A DNA stretch of 6,345 nt. Source: Candidatus Wukongarchaeum yapensis. GTDB taxonomy: Archaea; Asgardarchaeota; Wukongarchaeia; Wukongarchaeales; Wukongarchaeaceae. Below, piece after piece: positions 1-5,636 of the stretch (its first letter is position 1; every line of letters begins with the position of its first letter). The translations under genes and the position numbers were made by a program. The notes under the pieces are model-generated. The model saw only the letters and a program-made list of their open reading frames with translations. It was not told the DNA's origin and made no database searches. Location of the stretch: the NCBI GenBank assembly GCA_016840425.1, contig JAEOSI010000134.1, positions 1 through 6,345 of the forward strand. Direction: 5' to 3'.

Positions 1-2
1 AA

Positions 3-221
3 GCGCCAAAAGAATTGAAAAAAGAGCTTGAAAGGCTCGTTAATCAAGGGTTTTATCCAAGTAAAAGTGAAGCAATCCGTGTCGCTATTTTAAGCTTTCT
101 AAAAAGAGAAATACCTGAAGTACCTAAAGAAACCGAGACGGAGATCGAAACCGAGACCGAAACCGAGAAATCAATAGAACTAGAAGAACTAGAGAAAGAA
201 CTAGAAATGGAAAAAAAATAA
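3..221 (+). CDS. Ribbon-helix-helix (CopG/Arc/MetJ-type) transcriptional regulator, 5'-partial, with acidic low-complexity tail
   Basis: The frame is open from the window edge (APKELKKELERLVNQGFYPSKSEAIRVAILSFLKRE), so the track's TTG at 15 is probably an internal Leu. The L..LV..G.YPS.SEAIR.A...FL pattern matches helices A and B of archaeal RHH proteins. The N-terminal beta strand would lie upstream of the window. Confidence 0.75.
   Translation, partial: APKELKKELERLVNQGFYPSKSEAIRVAILSFLKREIPEVPKETETEIETETETEKSIELEELEKELEMEKK
129..206 (+). repeat. Intragenic low-complexity repeats encoding (Glu-Thr)n and ELE motifs
   Basis: GAAACCGAGA occurs at 129-138, 147-156 and 159-168 (ETETEIETETETEK). 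GAACTAGAR occurs at 177-185, 186-194 and 198-206. Confidence 0.8.
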
Positions 222-341
222 AAACAAGAAATCCTTCAGAAAGCTCGCTAAGGAGATCTAATTATCCCATGTGATCAAAGATAATCTGCATAAGACGGGG
301 AGTTTTACCAACATTCGAGGGAGTTTTCAAAAATAAAGGTG

Positions 342-1071
342 TTACAGTATAGGCAATGTTTCCCTAATTTTCTCTTCAAAAAATCTTTTTAACTAATATA
401 CTGACATATTGCCCTCCTTAAGGAGAGTGTCGTGGAAAAATCATTCTGAGAAACGCTCTCCCATCTTGTTTTTGCCCTCTTCTTTCAATTTTTTGATCAA
501 ATACTTGCCTATCCGGTAGGATAATTGATATGTAGGAGTTTGTGTGTAGTGCTTTACTTCGGCTATAGCCGAAAATTTTTCCATGTTGGCATGCTTCATC
601 AGAAAATCTACCGCATCTCCAAAGTTCATTTCCCCCGTTGAAAGCTTACAATCAATTATTACACGGGCAGCCCGCCATACACGATCTTTCTCCCTTATAA
701 ACCGGACAAACAACGCATTACCCAAATAAACTGGGACGTCGTATGGGAAAAGGGGTCAGGGTTGCCCTCCCATCCACGTAAAACCTCTAGCTGAAATAAC
801 CTATTATCCAAAAGATAGAGGAGAACATCCCGATCAAGGCGGTTCTGAGAGGAAAGCTTTGAGGGATCTATGGCTTCAATTTGCTCCTTAAAACTTTTAA
901 GTTCTTTAATATTTTGGAGAAAAGCGGTTCTTGAGACATCAGATAAAAGGTGATCATATTGATGAAGCCCTAAAAAGGGGGCAGTTTCAGGAAACTTTTG
1001 CACGTAGTATTCAAAAAACTTCTTAACTAAGCTTTCAAAATCTTGATCAAAATTATTTTAGGAGAGCTCAA
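342..1071 (-). pseudogene. DUF885-family protein pseudogene, spanning track ORFs 695-1003 and 441-725 plus flanking sequence
   Basis: Probable start is TTG at 1071, with GGTGA 6 nt upstream. Adding one A in the run at 1059-1056 gives MSSPKNNFDQDFESLVKKFFEYYVQKFPETAPFLGLHQYD, a DUF885 N-terminal pattern. Adding one base in the CCCCTTTTCCC run at 755-745 continues it into FPYDVPVYLGNALFVRFIRE. This joins directly at about 690/689 to the DUF885 C-terminal pattern KDRVWRAARVIID...AEVKHYTQTPTYQLSYRIGK. The same frame continues past TGA (443-441) and TAG (395-393) as FFHDTLLKEGNMSVY*LKRFFEEKIRETLPIL, ending at TAA 344-342. FHDTLL is the usual DUF885 C-terminal motif. Confidence 0.85.
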
Positions 1072-1077
1072 CGAAAA

Positions 1078-1082
1078 TCACC
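1078..1082 (-). promoter_or_regulatory. Shine-Dalgarno motif (GGTGA) for the DUF885 gene
   Basis: The minus strand reads GGTGA-ttttcg-TTG(1071), a typical archaeal SD sequence and spacing. Confidence 0.5.
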
Positions 1083-1412
1083 AAAGAAAAATAAAAATAG
1101 TTAATACAACTATCAAAGAGCAAAAATAAAACTTTCCACACGGATAAGAGACTTATAGAACGGGGGAAAAAGAAAATCCATGTTTTAGTAAGATTACCTT
1201 ATTTGATATATTTGTAAGCTTTCATTGGCTTATCACTCTTTTAGGGGGTTATGGATGTGAAGGCGTCAAAAAGCGACATATCCGCCTTAATAGACAAAAA
1301 TTGGAATTTACGGGAAAGAAACTCGGTTTAGATGTAAGTTTTGCATCAGCTGTTGCAAGCTTTGTATTTCTATGTTGGTTTATGATTTATAGAGTGTGAA
1401 ACTTGCGATAAC

Positions 1413-1426
1413 ACCGAATTATAATA
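1413..1426 (+). promoter_or_regulatory. Possible BRE/TATA promoter of the YkgJ-like gene
   Basis: ACCGAA-TTATAATA, with the TATA-like box at 1419-1426, about 70 nt upstream of ATG 1494. The context is AT-rich, so a chance match is possible. Confidence 0.35.
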
Positions 1427-1493
1427 ATTAAAAATAAGATTGCAGAGGGTGATTTCGTTTAACGCAAATGAAAAACAATTGTGGGGAGAAATT

Positions 1494-2075
1494 ATGGAGA
1501 ATACTTTGGAGTTTACGCAGAAAGGAACCCGGTTTAAATGTAAATTATGCGCTAAATGCTGCATGCTTGAGCATACTTTTATAACTATTTATGATCTAAA
1601 AAAGATTTACAAGGCTGCCCCAGAGTATATTTTTAAAATAGTTTCTTTTTTTTCAGATCATTATGAGCGGGAAGTCCTCGCACCTATAAAAGACCCTAAA
1701 AAGCAGATGAAATGCAGTTTTTTGGAAGACAATAAGTGTGTTCTACATGGGATAGCGAAACCTCTTTGTTGCCAGCGTTACCCTTTTACTTTCATCCTTG
1801 AAGAGACTGTCGAAGAAAATGGATTAATACCCCCAGAAGATGCCTTAAAAGAGACTATATATTTTATGGGAACCGAAATTAACGGTTATATAATGCACGC
1901 CAAAACATGCCCCGGAGTAAGCATGGATAAGGGAGAAGAAGTTAATGGAGAAGAGATAGCCAGAAAGACTATAAAGAACTCTCTAGAGCATTTAAAAACA
2001 AAAAATCAAGATCTAAAAGGACTTTTAAGAAAGTTGCAATACGAGGCAAAGAAGCGATTAGAATTTCTGGAATAA
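1494..2075 (+). CDS. YkgJ-family cysteine-cluster protein (CxxCxxCC; putative Fe-S or Zn binding), 193 aa
   Basis: Motifs are FKCKLCAKCC, CSFLEDNKCVLH, KPLCCQRYPF and a late CPG. I prefer ATG 1494 to the track's TTG 1440 because a GGGGAG SD-like motif lies at 1483-1488 and YkgJ proteins start shortly before the F-x-C-xx-C-xx-CC motif. Confidence 0.85.
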   Translation: MENTLEFTQKGTRFKCKLCAKCCMLEHTFITIYDLKKIYKAAPEYIFKIVSFFSDHYEREVLAPIKDPKKQMKCSFLEDNKCVLHGIAKPLCCQRYPFTFILEETVEENGLIPPEDALKETIYFMGTEINGYIMHAKTCPGVSMDKGEEVNGEEIARKTIKNSLEHLKTKNQDLKGLLRKLQYEAKKRLEFLE

Positions 2076-2093
2076 CAAAGTCGGAATCTTCAC

Positions 2094-2103
2094 TTTCTTT
2101 TTT
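2094..2103 (+). terminator. Oligo-T archaeal-type terminator downstream of the YkgJ gene
   Basis: TTTCTTTTTT begins 19 nt after the stop codon. Confidence 0.45.
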
Positions 2104-2213
2104 AAGATTGTTTTGGTGAAAGGCGTCTTCTGCTTTAGAACTAATAGTATCCTTTAAAAGGGAGGAATCATCCGTTTTTTTAGAAACAATGGATTTCTCC
2201 CCTAAATTAATAG

Positions 2214-2244
2214 AAACACCAAAAAAGGGGACTTTTTGGTTTTT
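2214..2244. terminator. Inverted repeat between convergent genes, possible terminator
   Basis: ACCAAAAA (2218-2225) pairs with TTTTTGGT (2233-2240) around AGGGGAC, flanked by AAA and TTTT tracts. Confidence 0.35.
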
Positions 2245-2263
2245 AAGTGATGTAATCTTTGCT

Positions 2264-4576
2264 CTAAGAGCTTTGTCTTATCTTTTTGGAGTAAAATATT
2301 GCAGCGCCTACTCCAATTCCTATTATGGATGCTATACCTAAAGCTGATAAAACAGATATTACCCCTTCTCCGCCCGTGGAAACACTTTGGGGTATTAGAG
2401 ATTTGATTGAGAAAACATTTAGATATGTTTCCGAGACAGCGCCAAGGTCGCTATCATTCACATTTATACTGATGTCATAAGAACCTGTAGAAGCAAATGT
2501 TGAGGAGATCCAACTTGCGACAAAATATTCACCGTCATCGTTAAAAGTCCACTCATCTACATCTAAAAAGGCTATTTGGGATCCATCGGGGCCGTAAATA
2601 TCCGCTCTAATAAGAATATCATAACCGTCTTCTAAATCGCCAGCATAGACATGAATTTTTAAACCTTGGCCTTGGTAAATTTGGGCAGGATCAGCGATTA
2701 CATTTGTAATATATGGGAGGTTATTCTCCACTTGGAAACCTGAAACTACAACTGTAGTTTCACCATCATTATCTGTCACAAGGATGTGAATAGCGTATTC
2801 GCCAAAATAATCTCCATAAGATGGAGACCAAGAGGCTTCAAAATGATCATTATCAACTAACGTCCAATCATTTAAAGTAGCTATTAGAGAACCATAGGGG
2901 TCATAAATCATACCTACTACAGAAAGATCGAGGTCATCTTCTAGATCGCTTGCAAAGACGGAAATTATTAGTTCATCACCCCGATATATAGGAGAGTTTA
3001 GGTCAATACCGTAGATTTGAGGAGGATTGTTTTGGACGTAGAAAGTCGTGCTGCCTGTTATACTTCCACCATTCTGATCAGTGACCAAGATTTGGATCTC
3101 ATAACTGCCATTTGGATCGTTTAGTGTGGAAAACCATTCGGTTTCAAAGTGATTATCTACAAAAATCCATTGGTCCAGAATTATGGTATTGCCATTAGGA
3201 TAGAAAACTTCTCCTTGGATTATGAGGTTAGTATTATCTTCGAAGTCGTCAGCAAAAACAGATATAGTTAAGGAATTTCCGCGATAGATTGTTTCGGAAC
3301 TTAACTGTATCTCAGCAATATGAGGCAGGTTATTCTCCACTTGGAACGTCTTGCTGCTTGTCGCTTTCGCTCCTTCTTTATCCATTACAAGGATATCGAC
3401 CCTATACTCGCCTACAGGGTCATCAAAAGAGGAACGCCAAGAAGTCTCAAAATAATCATCAACCAACACCCAATCATCCAAGGTGGTGACTAGGTTATCT
3501 GAAGGATGAAAAATTGACCCTGAAACAGTAATATCAAGACCATCCTCAAGATCAGTTGCAAAAACCTTGATTCCCAAACCCTCTCCACGATAGATCATGG
3601 AAGTATTTAACTCTACTCCTTCAATAGATGAAGGATTATTAACTATTAATGATTCAGCAAGCCAGTTGATAGTGTTAACAGCAAGAATTTCATTATCGCT
3701 ATCATAAAAGTTTAGATCGCCATCGCAGTCAAAGTCCCAAACACTACCCCAAAGGCTTGTATCAGTTATTGTAACAAACCTACCCCCACCACTTCCACTA
3801 TAATCAATTGCGACCATAAAGGGCATCTCTGCGGTTAAACATCTTCGACACATCAGCCAAGCAGTTCCATCATCATCAGTCACAAGCAAAGGTATTGAAT
3901 TTGCAGGGTGTTCAACGATGCCCTCTGCCCCATAAACTTCAATGCGGAAAACATTTTCAGTTATTTCATGAGGCTTAATGTTAGATCCATCAAGATAAAA
4001 ACAGAATGGTAAGAAAGTAACCCGGTCATCTAGATCGATTAACATTTTATGCCCATATTTTACGCCAAATCTATCCGCAATTTCACCTGAAACCCTCCCA
4101 AAACAGAACACCTCACTTATAAGCAACAAACTGCCACCACTATCAACCCAAGATTTTATCGCATCAATCTCTGATGGCAAATACCCTTTTTGAGGCGCAA
4201 CTATCACTAAAACATCAACAGAAGCAAGCACAGAATCAGTAATCAAGGTCCCAGGATCTATGGTGGATACGGTATAACCCTTACTCCTTAAAAGGTTTGC
4301 AAACTCCCCATAGCCTCCGGTTCTCCAGCAAATATATTTACTTCCAAAGGCAGGATTATCGCCTATAGTGTAGAGAGGGGCATGAGCTTCTTCAAAAACA
4401 ACGCTCGCACCCTCAGAAGGTGGCGGGCTAGGGGGGCCAGTACATTTACTAGCACTATTAAGTTGAACATCCTCAACAGTTTTTGACGAAGATAAGGGGA
4501 CAACCCATAGGCCTAATGTGAAGATTATAATAACACTCAGGGCTAAAAAACGGCCCCTATTTTTGAAGATAAACAT
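2264..4576 (-). CDS. Membrane-anchored cell-surface protein, 770 aa: signal peptide, GIFT/GldG/DUF4350-like domain, 4 Ig-like repeats, C-terminal TM helix
   Basis: The N-terminus is basic then hydrophobic (KNRGRFLALSVIIIFTLGLWVVPLSSS), followed by a Pro-rich linker GPPSPPPS. Residues ~58-308 (VVFEEAH...GYGEFANLLRSKGYTV...DVLVIVAPQK...EIDAIKSWVDSGGSLLLISE...GRFVTITDTSLW...DNEILAVNTINWLA) follow the GATase-like GIFT/DUF4350 pattern. Four beta-rich repeats follow. The C-terminus has the TM helix VISVLSALGIASIIGIGVGAAIFY and a basic KKIR stop-transfer motif. Confidence 0.85.
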   Translation of the reverse strand: MFIFKNRGRFLALSVIIIFTLGLWVVPLSSSKTVEDVQLNSASKCTGPPSPPPSEGASVVFEEAHAPLYTIGDNPAFGSKYICWRTGGYGEFANLLRSKGYTVSTIDPGTLITDSVLASVDVLVIVAPQKGYLPSEIDAIKSWVDSGGSLLLISEVFCFGRVSGEIADRFGVKYGHKMLIDLDDRVTFLPFCFYLDGSNIKPHEITENVFRIEVYGAEGIVEHPANSIPLLVTDDDGTAWLMCRRCLTAEMPFMVAIDYSGSGGGRFVTITDTSLWGSVWDFDCDGDLNFYDSDNEILAVNTINWLAESLIVNNPSSIEGVELNTSMIYRGEGLGIKVFATDLEDGLDITVSGSIFHPSDNLVTTLDDWVLVDDYFETSWRSSFDDPVGEYRVDILVMDKEGAKATSSKTFQVENNLPHIAEIQLSSETIYRGNSLTISVFADDFEDNTNLIIQGEVFYPNGNTIILDQWIFVDNHFETEWFSTLNDPNGSYEIQILVTDQNGGSITGSTTFYVQNNPPQIYGIDLNSPIYRGDELIISVFASDLEDDLDLSVVGMIYDPYGSLIATLNDWTLVDNDHFEASWSPSYGDYFGEYAIHILVTDNDGETTVVVSGFQVENNLPYITNVIADPAQIYQGQGLKIHVYAGDLEDGYDILIRADIYGPDGSQIAFLDVDEWTFNDDGEYFVASWISSTFASTGSYDISINVNDSDLGAVSETYLNVFSIKSLIPQSVSTGGEGVISVLSALGIASIIGIGVGAAIFYSKKIRQSS
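2405..3640 (-). repeat. Four tandem ~102-aa Ig-like repeats within the surface protein
   Basis: Units start at aa 313, 415, 516 and 618 (nt 3640, 3334, 3031, 2725). Consensus is NNxPxI...IYRG..L.I.VFA.DLED......G.I..P.G.....LD.W..VD..FE.SW......G.Y.I.ILV.D..G.......F.VE. Confidence 0.85.
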
Positions 4577-4604
4577 TTGAAACCCAATTAAGATAAAAAA
4601 TAAA

Positions 4605-4620
4605 TATTTATAAGTTTTTC
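4605..4620 (-). promoter_or_regulatory. BRE + TATA box for the 770-aa gene, probably giving a leaderless or short-leader mRNA
   Basis: The minus strand reads GAAAAAC-TTATAAATA, with the TATA starting 37 nt upstream of ATG 4576. There is no SD motif before the ATG. Confidence 0.55.
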
Positions 4621-4656
4621 TAATAATTATAAAAATAAAACATATTTATAAAAGAT

Positions 4657-4715
4657 AAATAATTATGTTTTTATATAAAATAATTATGTTTTTATAAAAA
4701 TAATATGTTTTTATA
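4657..4715. repeat. Three tandem copies of AAATAA(T)TATGTTTTTATA in a divergent intergenic region
   Basis: Copies lie at 4657-4675, 4678-4696 and 4698-4715 (the third lacks one T). The region 4621-4720 has only 6 G/C bases in 100 nt. Confidence 0.8.
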
Positions 4716-4823
4716 AGTTTTTCAGTATGGTGTCAAGTGGAGAGGGATAATAGCGTGAAGCGGGGTTTTATACGTTCTTTTTGTTGGGATGAGCTTCTAT
4801 TGTTTTTATTTTAAACAGTAAAA

Positions 4824-5096
4824 ATGACCAAAAATCTAAATATGTGTGGACAAGATAAGAGGCGAGTATTCGTAAACTTGAAGGTGAAAAATACGGTTGA
4901 GATAATCGAGATACATCGCTAGGATGCCGTAACCAGAAGCTCAAGCGTAGGTTTGGGACACGATCTATTTTGGATAAAGGTGAAAGACGAGAACACGCTC
5001 ATGAGAATAGCAGAGACTTATAATATACCGTTCGTTTTCAAGAAAGGAAAAGAAATGGTTTGCATCAATTCCTCCGTCCTATATTGGTACAAGTAG
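4824..5096 (+). pseudogene. Small hypothetical gene (~90 codons) interrupted by an in-frame TAG at 4920-4922
   Basis: MTKNLNMCGQDKRRVFVNLKVKNTVEIIEIHR*DAVTRSSSVGLGHDLFWIKVKDENTLMRIAETYNIPFVFKKGKEMVCINSSVLYWYK*. Composition is protein-like on both sides of the stop. I do not recognise the family, and the start is uncertain (4824, 4842, 4878 or 4884). Confidence 0.5.
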
Positions 5097-5120
5097 AAAA
5101 AGTTTAGAGTGGGAGTTTTT

Positions 5121-5312
5121 GTGTTTGCGGGTGGTGGGAATTTCAGTGATTTGGTGTTGATTGAAGTGTCCTCGTCTTCTGATACATCCCCCGTTATGGA
5201 TGATCTAGAAAAAATTGAAGAGTCAAATGATGTAGGCATAGAGTATGATGCAATTTTTTAAGTAAAAGTTGCAGATATCAGCGAGTATTTTTCAGATGAG
5301 TGGAAAGAATGA
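5121..5312 (+). pseudogene. Lrp/AsnC ligand-binding (RAM) domain-like remnant with an in-frame TAA at 5259-5261
   Basis: VFAGGGNFSDLVLIEVSSSSDTSPVMDDLEKIEESNDVGIEYDAIF*VKVADISEYFSDEWKE* resembles VLIEV...V...L.KI.EV.....GEYD....VKV.D..E. Its TGA (5310-5312) overlaps the next ATG (5309) as ATGA, the usual sign of translational coupling. The start is uncertain; GTG 5121 follows GGGAG at 5111-5115. Confidence 0.45.
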
Positions 5313-5636
5313 GCATATCGATAGATCAAGAGGTTATCAACTGGTTACTTGCAGGAGATCCGTCTATTAGATGGCAAACACTGAGAGACCTTTGTTCTGC
5401 TCCTGAAAGTGTGATTGAAAAAGAAAGATCGAAAATAGAATCTGAAGGTTGGGGAAAAAGACTTCTTAGTTTTCAAGATCCTTCGGGAATGTGGGATAAC
5501 GGCTTATACACTCCCAAATGGACATCTACAACTTACACCCTATTATTATTACGCAGATTAGGCTTAAAACCGGATGAAAAGTGCCGAAAAAGTTGCCAAC
5601 TTTTACTTGACAACGGACTGTATAAAGACGGAGGAA
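5309..5636 (+). pseudogene. Prenyltransferase/squalene-cyclase-fold (QW-motif, alpha/alpha toroid) protein, truncated by IS insertion after ~109 codons
   Basis: INWLLAGDPSIRWQTLRDL...EGWGKRLLSFQDPSGMW...LYTPKWTSTTYTLLLLRRLG matches a widespread uncharacterised family with a QxxxGxW motif, normally about 300 aa. The family-like sequence stops at LYKDGG. The last 31 aa of track ORF 5300-5731 are the antisense of the IS right end. Confidence 0.75.

Noticed and set aside
298-327. Short direct repeat GGGAGTTTT at 298-306 and 319-327
   Set aside because: It is only 9 nt with two copies, within chance expectation, and has no supporting context.
695-725. Programmed frameshifting or two-gene coupling between the two DUF885 ORFs
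   Set aside because: The locus also has a second frameshift, two nonsense codons and a missing core, so decay is the simpler explanation.
1370-1564. Track ORF of 64 aa on the minus strand
   Set aside because: It overlaps the start and promoter of the well-supported YkgJ gene on the opposite strand and has no recognisable motif.
2718-3346. The 20-nt direct repeat as a CRISPR repeat or ORB origin box (TTCCAAGTGGAG resembles ORB)
   Set aside because: There are only two copies, 609 nt apart, both in frame within a coding repeat. There are no spacers, cas genes or cdc6 gene in the window.
3289-3489. Track ORF of 66 aa on the plus strand
   Set aside because: It lies wholly antisense within the 770-aa gene and is best explained as a shadow ORF.
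4621-4760. The AT-rich tract as a replication-origin unwinding element
   Set aside because: There are no convincing flanking ORB repeats (only a weak CAAGTGGAGAGGG at 4734-4746) and no initiator gene nearby. A divergent promoter region explains it more simply.
5018-5239. Track ORF of 73 aa on the minus strand
   Set aside because: It is antisense to the + strand frame that fits the operon structure and the ATGA coupling, and it has no motif.
342-5312. Alternative genetic code (Sec, Pyl or stop reassignment) as a general explanation for the in-frame stops
   Set aside because: All three stop types occur internally, alongside frameshifts and a deletion. Intact genes end normally in TAA or TAG. 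The TGA at 441 is not at a Cys-like position.
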